From NCBI GenBank assembly GCA_043812655.1, contig JBDRLW010000046.1:21291-85290 (forward strand): a stretch of DNA of 64,000 nt. The letters run 5' to 3'. A model generated the notes under the pieces. The model saw only the letters and a program-made list of their open reading frames with translations, was not told where the DNA came from and did no database searches. Positions 21,739-31,622 of the stretch are shown here, one piece after another. Origin of the DNA: a bacterium (GTDB taxonomy: Bacteria > Margulisbacteria > WOR-1 > O2-12-FULL-45-9 > XYB2-FULL-48-7). Position numbers and translations under genes: made by a program. Position 1 is the first letter of the stretch; every line of letters begins with the position of its first letter.

Positions 21739-23673
21739 TTATTTTATGATAACATATTTGGTTTGGTAACTGAAGGGTTTGAACTCTTTCCCGTTCCCTT
21801 CAAAAAATTTACCAAAAAACTCGACCAACTGGAGCCTGGCGGAATGAATGAACGCGCCCAAGACAGAGACGACCAAGTTGAATATGTGGCCAATGACTAA
21901 AACTAGCGCCATAACAAAATAACCGATGATCGGGATCCCGGTGGTCATGCTGGCAATAATATTGATGACCATTCCGATGATGGAAGTGGTCATCATTAAC
22001 GCCAGCAAGCGGGAGTAGGAGAGGGTGTCTCCCAGATATCCGGTCGTTCTGTAAAGGCTTAAAAGCCCGAAAATAAATTTTTTAAATATGCCTTTTTCGT
22101 TTCTTCCCTGGGTTAAAACCAGCAGAGCGGCGCCGACCATCGCAAACCTGCCAAATAAAACGGCCAGAGGAGAACCAAGGCTGGCTGTTGCCCCGTAAGC
22201 GACCAAGCTAAGGAGAAAATAGATCCAAAGGCCAGAGTCAAGAAAGGCGGCCAAATAATCGCGATCTTTTAGTTTCCAATACATTGCCAGTGCTACCCCG
22301 GTGATATTTTGGATCACCCCCAAACCGATAGAAAAGAGCAAGACATTTAAAGGGTTCTTGATCGGGTCGATCACTTGCAATTTTTTTAATAACGGCGGTA
22401 GTTGGTTAAGATCCATACTAAAATAACTGCCGGTCATGATGCCGACAAAGATCGTCGCGATCCCGCCCCAGAAGAGAAGGAGGAGCAGTTTTGTCCCCCC
22501 TTCGGTCAAGGTCAATTTTTTTAAAAAGTAAAATGAGACGATGGCCAGAAGTATCCCGTAGCCGACGTCGGAAAGGCACATGGCAAAAAATAACAGATAA
22601 AAGAACGCAAGTGGTCCGGTCGGATCGATCTCATTCTGTGAAGGAAGGCCAAAAATGCGGGTAACCAGCTCGAAAGGATAAAAAACGCTCACATTCTTAA
22701 TTATCGTCGGCGCTACTTCTCCTTCACTAGGTTCGATCTCGCGAAGCTCTAACAGGGGACTAACTTCGCCAAGACGTTTTTTTAAATGGCCGACCTTTTC
22801 CGCCGCGATCCAGCCGGCCAATAAAAAGGTCTTACTGGTAAGGGCTATCTTTTCTTTAGCCTTTTCTTTAAGCGCTTGCTGTGACAGATAATCGTAAGTA
22901 AGTTTAAGTGATGGGCTGTAACGATAAAAAGCCATGATCTCTTTAGTGATCTTTGTTTGGTCATCATGATTTTCTTTTAGTAAGCGGGTAAGATTGGCCA
23001 GCTCTTCCGCCGGAGTCCTGTTGGCCAGAGGAAGCAAGCTCTTCTCAAAAGAAGTTTTCGAAAGGAAATTAAGGCATTTAGCCGAAATTGAAGCGGGAGA
23101 AAAAAGTAAAAAGTAAATTTGGTTATTGTTGGTTTCAATCGTTTCTATCTTATGAGCGGGAAAATTTTCTTCCAAGCCTTGCTTAAGCGCTTCAAAGTCT
23201 TTTAATTTGCAACTGCCAGCCGTCAAACAAATTTTTTCCGAACAGTTTATCGGGTCCAAAATGATATTTATGCTTTGCCAAGGGGAAAGGGCGGCCATCT
23301 CTGCCTGGAGGGAGTGGGTAAGGTTTTTAAGGTTGGCCAGCCGCGACTCCAGCTCTTTTAGTTGCGCGACTATCTTTTGCCAGTCAAATTCTTGGGCAGT
23401 TCGCTGTAAAGAGCTTTCGGCCAAAGGTTCTTTGTAGGGGGCAAAACTTTCGATAAAGCCTTTCTTTTTGCCGCAAATTTTTTCCAACAGGTTGATGGCG
23501 TTTTCCAGTTCCGCCAGGCTTAATTCAAACTCCGGCTCGCTTTGTGGCGCGGACTCCAATTGATCCATCTTAGTAAGTTCGATCAAACCTTGCTTCTGGA
23601 GTTCAGAAAGCAGGCTTTCCTGGATCTTTTGGTGGCCAAAGAGCGCCACTTTTTTCATCGAGACTACAGGCAT
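21739..23673 (-). CDS. ntpI: V/A-type ATP synthase subunit I
   Basis: EIDPT, SDVGYG, DTLSYSRLLAL, HSARLQLVEFFGKFFEG. Confidence 0.95.
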   Translation of the reverse strand: MPVVSMKKVALFGHQKIQESLLSELQKQGLIELTKMDQLESAPQSEPEFELSLAELENAINLLEKICGKKKGFIESFAPYKEPLAESSLQRTAQEFDWQKIVAQLKELESRLANLKNLTHSLQAEMAALSPWQSINIILDPINCSEKICLTAGSCKLKDFEALKQGLEENFPAHKIETIETNNNQIYFLLFSPASISAKCLNFLSKTSFEKSLLPLANRTPAEELANLTRLLKENHDDQTKITKEIMAFYRYSPSLKLTYDYLSQQALKEKAKEKIALTSKTFLLAGWIAAEKVGHLKKRLGEVSPLLELREIEPSEGEVAPTIIKNVSVFYPFELVTRIFGLPSQNEIDPTGPLAFFYLLFFAMCLSDVGYGILLAIVSFYFLKKLTLTEGGTKLLLLLFWGGIATIFVGIMTGSYFSMDLNQLPPLLKKLQVIDPIKNPLNVLLFSIGLGVIQNITGVALAMYWKLKDRDYLAAFLDSGLWIYFLLSLVAYGATASLGSPLAVLFGRFAMVGAALLVLTQGRNEKGIFKKFIFGLLSLYRTTGYLGDTLSYSRLLALMMTTSIIGMVINIIASMTTGIPIIGYFVMALVLVIGHIFNLVVSVLGAFIHSARLQLVEFFGKFFEGNGKEFKPFSYQTKYVIIK

Positions 23674-23960
23674 ATTTGCTTTGCCTTTGCCAAAAGGGGA
23701 GTTATATTTTTACGAAGAACGGATAATTCTCCGGAATTCAATCTTTCAATTTCAACTTTTTCCGCCTCGGCTTCTTTTCGGCTTTTTTCAATCATTGACC
23801 GAGCTTCAACGCGGGCGGAGCGCAGGGCTTCTTGGTTGGCGGCTTCCGCGGATTTGCGCGCGGCTTCGATCAATTGAAGTTTTTCTTTTTCCGCCGCGCT
23901 TACGACCTCCCGCGCTTTTTTTTCAATGGCCAGGAGCTCATTAAAAGTTTCTTTTAACAT
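23664..23960 (-). CDS. V/A-type ATP synthase peripheral stalk subunit G/H
   Basis: Charged coiled coil of about 98 aa from ATG 23960, first gene of the operon. Confidence 0.7.
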   Translation of the reverse strand: MLKETFNELLAIEKKAREVVSAAEKEKLQLIEAARKSAEAANQEALRSARVEARSMIEKSRKEAEAEKVEIERLNSGELSVLRKNITPLLAKAKQICL

Positions 23961-23970
23961 AACGGCAACT

Positions 23971-24022
23971 ATTTTAACACAAACTTGGAGATGTTTACAG
24001 CCGGCCAAAATTATTGTAAAAT
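23971..24022. promoter_or_regulatory. Divergent sigma70-type promoters for the V-ATPase and rnf operons
   Basis: Minus strand: TGtTAAAAT at 23979-23971. Plus strand: TTTACA(23994)-17 bp-TAAAAT(24017). Confidence 0.55.
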
Positions 24023-24037
24023 GACATAAAGTAAGAC

Positions 24038-25348
24038 ATGAAAACTTTTGCCCGCGGCATCCATCCGCCTGAAAACAAGGGATTAACCGAAGAAAAACCG
24101 ATCAAAGAAGCCCCTTTACCCAAAAGAGTTATATTGCCTTTGCAACAAAACCTTGGCTGTGCTTGCGAACCTTTAGTTAAAGTTGGGGATGAAGTTATTG
24201 AAGGGCAAAAGATAGGCGATTCGCCAAAATTCATTTCCGCCCCGATCCATGCTTCGATCTCCGGCAAAGTTATAAGCCTTGATAAGATCTCCAACCTTTA
24301 TGGTTCGGCTGTACCAATAGTTATTATCGAGCGGCAAGAAAATTCCGCCCCAGCCCCGGACCATGGCCCCGAAAAAAAACTTGAAGAATTGAGCGCGGAG
24401 GAAATTCGCAAGATCGTTCGGGAAGCAGGGATCGTTGGCTTAGGCGGGGCCGCTTTTCCGACGCACGTAAAGCTTTCGCCGCCGAAAGAAAAAAAGATCA
24501 ACACTATCATTATAAATGGCTGTGAGTGCGAGCCGTACATTACTACTGACCACCGTTTGATGCTGGAACGGCCAGAGGAAGTTATTTTAGGCGCTAGAGC
24601 GATCGCTAAAGCGGTTGGCGCGGAGCGCATCATTTTTGGGATCGAAAGCAATAAAGCCAACGCGATCGAAAAGATGAAGATATTTGGGGTGGGGATAGAA
24701 GTTGAAGCGGTAAAAACAAAATATCCGCAAGGCGGGGAGAAGATGCTGATCAAAGCCCTATTGGACCGTGAGGTCCCTTCGGGCGGGTTACCAATGGATG
24801 TCGGAGTCGTAGTGTCTAATGTAAGTACAGCGGTAGCGGTGGCGGAAGCCATCAAATTTAATAAGCCGCTCATCCAAAGGGTGGTAACCGTTACTGGCTC
24901 CGGTGTTCGGGAGCCGCAAAATCTGCTGGTCAGGATCGGGACACCCTTTAATGAGATCATTGAGCTTTGCGGCGGGCTGACACCTGATGTCGCTAAGGTT
25001 ATTATGGGAGGACCGATGACCGGGATCACGGTTTCTTCGCTTGAGTCCCCATTGATCAAAGCCAATAATTGCCTCCTGGTCTTAAATAAGAACGAGGCCA
25101 AGATCTATGAAGAAAAGAATTGTATCCGTTGTGGGCGCTGTATCAAAGCTTGCCCAGTCGGTTTAATGCCGAATTATCTGGCGGATTACGCTAAAGCAAA
25201 AAACTGGGATAAAGTTGAAGATTACAACGTTGCCGATTGCATAGAGTGCGGTTCTTGCGCTTACGTTTGTCCCAGCCGGATATATTTAGTCCAATATTTT
25301 AAAGTCGGCAAGCGAGAACTGCAATTAAGGAAGACAGCATGCAAATAA
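24038..25348 (+). CDS. rnfC: Rnf complex subunit C
   Basis: GIVGLGGAAFPTHVK, NGCECEPY, KYPQGGEK, two CxxCxxCxxxCP clusters. Confidence 0.96.
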   Translation: MKTFARGIHPPENKGLTEEKPIKEAPLPKRVILPLQQNLGCACEPLVKVGDEVIEGQKIGDSPKFISAPIHASISGKVISLDKISNLYGSAVPIVIIERQENSAPAPDHGPEKKLEELSAEEIRKIVREAGIVGLGGAAFPTHVKLSPPKEKKINTIIINGCECEPYITTDHRLMLERPEEVILGARAIAKAVGAERIIFGIESNKANAIEKMKIFGVGIEVEAVKTKYPQGGEKMLIKALLDREVPSGGLPMDVGVVVSNVSTAVAVAEAIKFNKPLIQRVVTVTGSGVREPQNLLVRIGTPFNEIIELCGGLTPDVAKVIMGGPMTGITVSSLESPLIKANNCLLVLNKNEAKIYEEKNCIRCGRCIKACPVGLMPNYLADYAKAKNWDKVEDYNVADCIECGSCAYVCPSRIYLVQYFKVGKRELQLRKTACK

Positions 25349-26259
25349 ATCTTGACCTTTCAATTGCGCCTCACATTCGCGCTCGGGATGATTCCCAAAA
25401 CATAATGTGGTGGGTGGCGTTCGCCTTACTTTTTCCTTCGGCCGCGGCGGTTTACTTTTTTGGGTTACCGGCCCTGATCTTAATTATTTTTACTACTTTT
25501 ATTGCGGTTGTTTCCGAAGCGTTTTTTCAATTAGCGGCAAAAAAACCGATAACGGTGCAAGACGGCAGTGCGGTTGTAACCGGGCTATTGCTAGCGCTGA
25601 TCGTCCCGCCCAGCTTACCTTTATGGATGGCGGCGGTCGGCTCCGTGGCAGCAGTAGTTTTAGTAAAAGGATTATTTGGCGGGCTTGGCTTCAATATTTT
25701 TAACCCGGCACTGGCAGCGCGGGCGATCTTATTAGCTTCTTGGCCGGTGGCGATGACCACTTGGATAAAACCATTGGACAGTATTACGACCGCGACGCCG
25801 CTTTATCTAGCCAAGATCAATGAAGTTGTCCCGAGTTACTGGCAGCTTTTTATCGGCAATCGGGCCGGTTCATTGGGAGAGACTTCGGTTTTGGCTATTT
25901 TGATCGGGGCGGGGATACTCTTTTGGAAAAAGATCATTGATTGGCCGGCTCCCACCGCTTATATCGGGACCGTAGCGATCCTGACTTTCTTGCTGGGCCA
26001 CGACCCGCTCTTTTACGTGCTTAGCGGCGGATTAATGATCGGCGCCTTTTTTATGGCGACCGATTATGTTACCGCGCCGGTGACCACCCAGGGCCGATTT
26101 ATCTTTGGCCTTGGTTGCGGGATCATGACAGTTTTAATTAGGTTTTTTGGCGGTTTTCCTGAAGGTGTTAATTATTCAATCCTTTTTATGAATATTTTTA
26201 CGCCGCTCATTGATACTTACGCGCGTCCGCGTTTGTTCGGGGGGAAGAAGCGTGGCTAA
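25339..26259 (+). CDS. rnfD: Rnf complex subunit D
   Basis: DGSAVVTGLL, FGGLGFNIFNPA, TTATPL FMN site, GSLGETS, FMATDY. Confidence 0.95.
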   Translation: MQINLDLSIAPHIRARDDSQNIMWWVAFALLFPSAAAVYFFGLPALILIIFTTFIAVVSEAFFQLAAKKPITVQDGSAVVTGLLLALIVPPSLPLWMAAVGSVAAVVLVKGLFGGLGFNIFNPALAARAILLASWPVAMTTWIKPLDSITTATPLYLAKINEVVPSYWQLFIGNRAGSLGETSVLAILIGAGILFWKKIIDWPAPTAYIGTVAILTFLLGHDPLFYVLSGGLMIGAFFMATDYVTAPVTTQGRFIFGLGCGIMTVLIRFFGGFPEGVNYSILFMNIFTPLIDTYARPRLFGGKKRG

Positions 26260-26707
26260 AATATTAAGATTAGCTTTAGTCTTGGGGGTCTTTTGTATAA
26301 TCTCGGCAGGCTTGTTAGCTTATGTTTACCTTTTTACTTCCCCGCAAATATTAATGAACAGCAAAGTCTCATTTGAAAGGTCGAAGCGGGAAGTTTTACC
26401 GCCTGGGACAAAAGGGCGCGTCATCCAGGTTGCCCCCAAAGGTTATGCCGGGCCAGTAGAAATTCTAGTTGGGATCGGAAAAAATGGTAAGGTTTCCGGA
26501 TTAAAAATATTATCACAAAAAGAAACCCCAGGGCTTGGTTCAAACGCCGCTAAACCAGAGTTCTTAAAACAATTCATCGGTAAAAGCTTAAAGGATAAGA
26601 TCGAAGCCAAGCAAGACATTGAGGCGATCACCGGCGCCACCATCACCAGCCGGGCGGTCTGCCGCGGAGTGAAGGAAGCGCTGACCAAAGCGAAAGGGAA
26701 AAGATGA
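26252..26707 (+). CDS. rnfG: Rnf complex subunit G (compact)
   Basis: GTG start, one TM, KGYAG, ETPGLG, ITGATITS FMN site. Confidence 0.92.
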   Translation: MAKILRLALVLGVFCIISAGLLAYVYLFTSPQILMNSKVSFERSKREVLPPGTKGRVIQVAPKGYAGPVEILVGIGKNGKVSGLKILSQKETPGLGSNAAKPEFLKQFIGKSLKDKIEAKQDIEAITGATITSRAVCRGVKEALTKAKGKR

Positions 26708-27294
26708 ACCTTTGGAAAGACATTAATCAGGGAATAATAAAAGAAAATCCGGTTTTGCGTTTAATGATCGGCTTATGTCCGGCTTTGGCTGTTTCCAACA
26801 GCGCGATCAACGCTTTAGGGATGAGCGCCGCGGTAATGTTCGTCTTGATCTGTTCCAATGTGGTGGTCGCCATGATCCGCAAGATCGTTCCGGATGAGAT
26901 CCGTATCCCGATCTTCATTATAATAATTTCCACATTTGTGACAGTTATCGACTATATTATGCAGGCTTATTCTCCGGTACTATACGCGGCGCTTGGGGTT
27001 TTTGTGCCGCTGATCGTTGTTAATTGTATTATTTTAGGCCGGGCGGAGGCATTTGCTTATCGTAATTCGATCTTCAGCTCGGTCCTAGACGGCTTTGGCA
27101 TGAGTTTAGGCTTTGGGGTCGCGCTGGTAAGCATCGGGATAATAAGGGAAGTTTTGGGCGCGGGTTCGATCTTTGGCCTGGCTCTTTTTAAGCCAACGAT
27201 CGCGGCGACGATCATGGTATTGCCGCCGGGGGCTTTCGTTACTATCGGGATACTAATGGCTTTTTTAAATAAACTGGAGAACAAGGTGCAGTAA
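26704..27294 (+). CDS. rnfE: Rnf complex subunit E
   Basis: ENP...GLCPALAV, PLIVVNCIILGRAE, LPPGAF. Confidence 0.95.
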   Translation: MNLWKDINQGIIKENPVLRLMIGLCPALAVSNSAINALGMSAAVMFVLICSNVVVAMIRKIVPDEIRIPIFIIIISTFVTVIDYIMQAYSPVLYAALGVFVPLIVVNCIILGRAEAFAYRNSIFSSVLDGFGMSLGFGVALVSIGIIREVLGAGSIFGLALFKPTIAATIMVLPPGAFVTIGILMAFLNKLENKVQ

Positions 27295-27872
27295 TGGAAT
27301 TATTCGGCATATTTTTCTCGGCTTTTATCATTAACAATATTTTGTTGATCAGGTTCTTGGCGTTGTGTTCTTTTTTTGGGGTATCGACCAAAATAGAAAC
27401 TACGGTCGGCATGAGTTCGGCCGTTATTTTTGTGATGACCATTGCCTCCGCCGTTTCTTGGCTGGTCTTCCATTATATTTTAGCCCCTTTAAACCTGGAA
27501 TTCCTGCGGACCGCCGCTTTTATTTTGACAATCGCGGCTTTGGTCCAGCTGGTAGAGCTTTATCTTAAAAAAATGGTACCCAGTTTATATCAGGCCATGG
27601 GGATATTTCTCCCTTTAATTACGACCAACTGCGCCATTTTAGCCGTAGCCTTCCTGGCGATCGACTACAAATTTAATTTTATCCAATCAATGATCTATTC
27701 TCTGGGAGCTTCGATCGGTTATTCATTGGCGATCATTTTATTTGCTTTTATCCGGGAGCGGATGGTGCTGGCACCCATCCCGAAATGGTTCCAGGGATAT
27801 CCGATCGCTTTTATTACCGCGGCTTTGATGTCGCTTGCTTTTTTGGGCTTTACCGGGATGTTTGGTTTATAA
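27294..27872 (+). CDS. rnfA: Rnf complex subunit A
   Basis: FLALCSFFGVS, GIFLPLITTNCAIL, MSLAFLGF. Confidence 0.95.
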   Translation: MELFGIFFSAFIINNILLIRFLALCSFFGVSTKIETTVGMSSAVIFVMTIASAVSWLVFHYILAPLNLEFLRTAAFILTIAALVQLVELYLKKMVPSLYQAMGIFLPLITTNCAILAVAFLAIDYKFNFIQSMIYSLGASIGYSLAIILFAFIRERMVLAPIPKWFQGYPIAFITAALMSLAFLGFTGMFGL

Positions 27873-27873
27873 A

Positions 27874-28659
27874 ATGCTAATTATAACTTCGATCATAGTT
27901 TTAGGGATGATGGGTTTGATCTTTGCCGGACTGCTTGGGTTTGCGGCAAGATATTATAGAGTAGAAGAAGATCCGCGGGTCGCCAGCATCATGGCTATTT
28001 TGCCAGGCGCGAATTGCGGCGCTTGCGGAGTGGCTGGCTGCCATACCTTCGCGGATAAAGTGAGCAAAGGGGAGATCGCGGTAAGCGGTTGTTTGGTTGG
28101 CGGGATGGATGTAGCTAAAAAGATCGCGGCGATAATGGGGGAGGAGGGGTTTGAGGTCCATAAAAAAGTAGCGGTGGTCCATTGCGGTGCTAAAAAAGAT
28201 CAAAAAAAGAAAAAAGCCAACTATATTGGCGTTAAAACCTGTATAGGAGCAAGTTTAATTGACAATGGCGGCTTGCTTTGTTCTTATGGCTGCATGGGTT
28301 ACGGTGATTGTGCTTGTATTTGTCCGTTCAATGCGATCAAGATGGTTGATGGCCTTCCCGTTATCGATCCGGAAAAGTGTACGGCTTGCGGCAAGTGCAT
28401 CAAAAATTGCCCCAAGAAAATAATTGCTTTAAAACCCTATGATTTCAAGGCCGTGGTGGCGTGTTCTTCGCGTGACCGGGGAGCGGAAACCCGCAAAAAT
28501 TGCCCGGTCGGCTGCATCGCCTGCAAGATCTGCGAAAAAGCGGTCCCCGAAGTTTTTAAAGTAACAGATAATTTAGCCGTTATTGATCATGATAAAAAAG
28601 GGATCGATTGTTCCGCTGCAATTGAAAAATGCCCCACTAAATGTATCGTGAAAGCCTAA
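27874..28659 (+). CDS. rnfB: Rnf complex subunit B
   Basis: ATG 27874, LPGANCGACG, multiple ferredoxin Cys clusters. Confidence 0.95.
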   Translation: MLIITSIIVLGMMGLIFAGLLGFAARYYRVEEDPRVASIMAILPGANCGACGVAGCHTFADKVSKGEIAVSGCLVGGMDVAKKIAAIMGEEGFEVHKKVAVVHCGAKKDQKKKKANYIGVKTCIGASLIDNGGLLCSYGCMGYGDCACICPFNAIKMVDGLPVIDPEKCTACGKCIKNCPKKIIALKPYDFKAVVACSSRDRGAETRKNCPVGCIACKICEKAVPEVFKVTDNLAVIDHDKKGIDCSAAIEKCPTKCIVKA

Positions 28660-28662
28660 ACT

Positions 28663-31113
28663 TTATACTTTTTTATTTAAAGATTTTAATCCCTCAAACC
28701 AAGCGAGGCAGAGAAGCGCGCCAAAAATCGAAATAACAAGGCCATAAGCGGGGATCGGGGCAAAATGGAAGAGAGAGCGCAAAAATGGGATATAAAGTAC
28801 AGTTAATAGAGCTATAATCGCTCCGCTAACGACCCACCACAAAGCCTTATTTTGTTCATTAATGACCGACAAGGCATTTTGCGACCGGGATAAATTAGTC
28901 AGGATTAAAATTATATTAGAAAATACCATTGCCGCGAAAGAAGTGGTCCTAGCTTGGTCAGCGCTCATTCCTGTCCATAATGACCAAATATAGATAAGAA
29001 AAACAATAATTAAAACGCTAAAGCCTTGCAATAAGCTAAGAAATAGGGCAGATCGGTTAAACAATGGGTCTTTTAGGTCGCGAGGCGGTTTGTTCATGGT
29101 GTCTTTATCTTCCGGCTCGGCTTCAAAAACAGTGGAACAAGCGGGATCAATTATCAATTCCAGGAACGCGATGTGGGCTGGCAATAGAACGATCGGCAGA
29201 TTAAATAAGATCGGCAGAAGCGACATGCCGGCGATCGGGATATGGACGGCAAAAACATAGGAAATGGCTTTTTTTAAGTTTTCGAAGATCCTGCGGCCAA
29301 GCCTGACAGCCGCGACGATCGAAGAAAAATCATCGTTAAGCAAGACAAGATCTGACGATTCCCGGGCAACATCGGTCCCGCGCTCGCCCATGGCCACGCC
29401 AATATGAGCTGCTTTAAGGGCAGGAGCATCATTAACGCCGTCACCGGTCATGGCGACTATTTCCCCATTCGCTTTAAGGGCGCTGATGATCGCTAGCTTT
29501 TGTTCCGGGACAACTCGGGCAAAAATATTGGTAGTTCTAATTTTATTTCTTAATTCTTCGGCGCTAAGCTTTTCCAGTTCCGGACCGGTGATATAATTTT
29601 CCGGATCATTCAAGCCGATCTGCCGGGCGATAAATTGCGCGGTCGAAGGATAATCGCCGGTTATCATGATCACTCTTATCCCGGCGCCGTAAGCTTCTTT
29701 TATCGCTCCAGGGACAGTCGGCCTAACTGGATCAACAAAGCCAAGGAGCCCGACAAACTCAAAAACAAAATCGTGTTGTTCATTTGGGAGTGGGCTTTTA
29801 TCGAATGAGGCTTTAGCCACACCCAGAACTCGTAGCCCTTGGGCTGCCATCTTTTCGATCTTCTGGGTTAATTCCTCTTTCTTGGCTTCTGAAAAATGGC
29901 AGAGACCGGCGATCGCTTCGGGCGCGCCTTTTGCCGCTATTATATAATGTAAGCTGTCAGGCGACTCCCAAACGTGGGAGATAGCCAGGAGCTCTTTTGA
30001 TAACTGGTACTCCCTGACCAATTGCCAGTTCTTATGGATATGTTCTGTGCCGGAAAGATATAATTCGCCTAAACGTTTGATTTCCTTTTCGATCGGGTCA
30101 AATGGGTCATTTTGGCTAGCTAAAATACCATATTCCAATAGATCATGGTTTTCTTCGGAAGCCGTGAGGCCATCGAGTTTCAAAGCGTTTAAAGTTAAGG
30201 TCCCAGTCTTATCAACGCATAAAACCGTAGCGGCCCCAAGCGTTTCAATGGCTTGGGCCTTCCTGGTTAATACCTGGCTTTTTGAGATCCGCCAAGCTCC
30301 CAAAGTTAAAAAGATAATTAAGATCACTGGGAACTCTTCTGGTAAAAGGGCCATACTTAAGGTTAGGCCGGCCAAAAAACCATTGATCCAGTCTCCCCGG
30401 GTTGATCCGTAAATAATAATGACCAGACAGCAAAAGACCAAGCCGACAACCGCAAAGGTCCGAACGATCTTCCCTGTTTCTTTCTTTAGCAATGTATCTT
30501 CGTCTTTGATCGTTTCCAGGGCTTTACCGATCTTTCCCATTTCCGATTTGGCTCCGGTCGAGGTAACCTTAGCCGTACCGTGGCCGGAGACAATTAAAGT
30601 CCCGGAAAATATCTTTAGGTCGTCAAGTTTCCTGACCGGAAAAGATTCGCCGGTCAAAAGCGATTCGTCAACGGATAAGTTGGAAGAAAAAAGTAGTGTT
30701 GCGTCAGCCGGAACCCGATCGCCTTCGCGCAGGACAATAATGTCGTCCCGGACGACTTCACGGCCTGGGAGGCGACGCTGGTTCCCATCCCTAATGACTA
30801 ACGCCCTAGGGCTGGATAAATTACGAAGGGCTTCCAGAGCCCGCTCAGTTTTTCTCTCTTGATAAAAGGTGATGCCGATAATGACAAAGACAAAAGTGAG
30901 CAGCATTAACGCGTCTGTAATATCACCAAGAAAAACGTAAAGTAAACCGCAGACGAGGAGGAGCAGGAGCATCGGTTCGCGGACCACGCTTATTAATAAT
31001 TGTAAAAAGTTCTGGCTTTTTTGCGAGGGAAGGTCGTTAAACCCTTCTTTTTTCAGGCGGAGCCTAGCTTCATTCTCACTTAAACCCTTTATGTTGTTAG
31101 GATCGAACGCCAT
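28663..31113 (-). CDS. Cation-transporting P-type ATPase (P2-like)
   Basis: LTGES, PEEFP, DKTGTLT, KGAPE, TGDGVNDAPAL. ATG 31113 preferred as start. Confidence 0.92.
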   Translation of the reverse strand: MAFDPNNIKGLSENEARLRLKKEGFNDLPSQKSQNFLQLLISVVREPMLLLLLVCGLLYVFLGDITDALMLLTFVFVIIGITFYQERKTERALEALRNLSSPRALVIRDGNQRRLPGREVVRDDIIVLREGDRVPADATLLFSSNLSVDESLLTGESFPVRKLDDLKIFSGTLIVSGHGTAKVTSTGAKSEMGKIGKALETIKDEDTLLKKETGKIVRTFAVVGLVFCCLVIIIYGSTRGDWINGFLAGLTLSMALLPEEFPVILIIFLTLGAWRISKSQVLTRKAQAIETLGAATVLCVDKTGTLTLNALKLDGLTASEENHDLLEYGILASQNDPFDPIEKEIKRLGELYLSGTEHIHKNWQLVREYQLSKELLAISHVWESPDSLHYIIAAKGAPEAIAGLCHFSEAKKEELTQKIEKMAAQGLRVLGVAKASFDKSPLPNEQHDFVFEFVGLLGFVDPVRPTVPGAIKEAYGAGIRVIMITGDYPSTAQFIARQIGLNDPENYITGPELEKLSAEELRNKIRTTNIFARVVPEQKLAIISALKANGEIVAMTGDGVNDAPALKAAHIGVAMGERGTDVARESSDLVLLNDDFSSIVAAVRLGRRIFENLKKAISYVFAVHIPIAGMSLLPILFNLPIVLLPAHIAFLELIIDPACSTVFEAEPEDKDTMNKPPRDLKDPLFNRSALFLSLLQGFSVLIIVFLIYIWSLWTGMSADQARTTSFAAMVFSNIILILTNLSRSQNALSVINEQNKALWWVVSGAIIALLTVLYIPFLRSLFHFAPIPAYGLVISIFGALLCLAWFEGLKSLNKKV

Positions 31114-31130
31114 GAGAGGGATTATAAGGC

Positions 31131-31160
31131 TTGACACCCAAAAAGGCAATATGCTATTAT
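31131..31160 (+). promoter_or_regulatory. sigma70 promoter of groESL
   Basis: TTGACA(31131)-18 bp-TATTAT(31155) with extended TG, immediately before CIRCE. Confidence 0.75.
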
Positions 31161-31161
31161 G

Positions 31162-31188
31162 TTAGCACTCGTTACAGAGGAGTGCTAA
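31162..31188. promoter_or_regulatory. CIRCE element (HrcA operator)
   Basis: Perfect TTAGCACTC-N9-GAGTGCTAA upstream of groES. Confidence 0.97.
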
Positions 31189-31290
31189 TAATGAAAAATG
31201 ACCTAATGTAAAATGAAAAATGAAGGTTAGAATTATTAGATAAAAAATACCTACATTTTTCATTAAGTCATTTTTAATTTTTCATTATAA
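31186..31290. repeat. Inverted pair of AATGAAA-type heptamer arrays in the groES leader
   Basis: Left arm AATGAAA AATGACC t AATGTAA AATGAAA AATGAAG. The right arm (31249-31290) is its imperfect reverse complement. Confidence 0.7.
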
Positions 31291-31311
31291 AAGAAGGGGG
31301 TGAAGAAGGGT

Positions 31312-31608
31312 ATGGTAAGCAAAAAGTTGACTCCAATTGGTGACCGGGCAGTGGTGAAGCCGGAGCCGGAGGAAATCAAAACAAAGTCTGGGATCGTGCT
31401 GCCGGATTCAGCCAAAGAAAAACCGTCCGAAGGGACAGTGGTCGCGGTCGGATCTGGACGCGTCCTGGATAATGGACAAAAAGTTTCACTCGAAGTTAAG
31501 ATCGGTGACAAGGTCATCTATAGTAAATACGGTGGGACAGAAGTTAAGATCGATGGTGAAGAATACATTATCTTAGCGGAACGGGATATTTTAGCAATTA
31601 GAGGATAA
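31312..31608 (+). CDS. groES: Co-chaperonin GroES
   Basis: [32 protein letters not shown]. Confidence 0.98.
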   Translation: MVSKKLTPIGDRAVVKPEPEEIKTKSGIVLPDSAKEKPSEGTVVAVGSGRVLDNGQKVSLEVKIGDKVIYSKYGGTEVKIDGEEYIILAERDILAIRG

Positions 31609-31622
31609 GGAGGTGAACTAAA

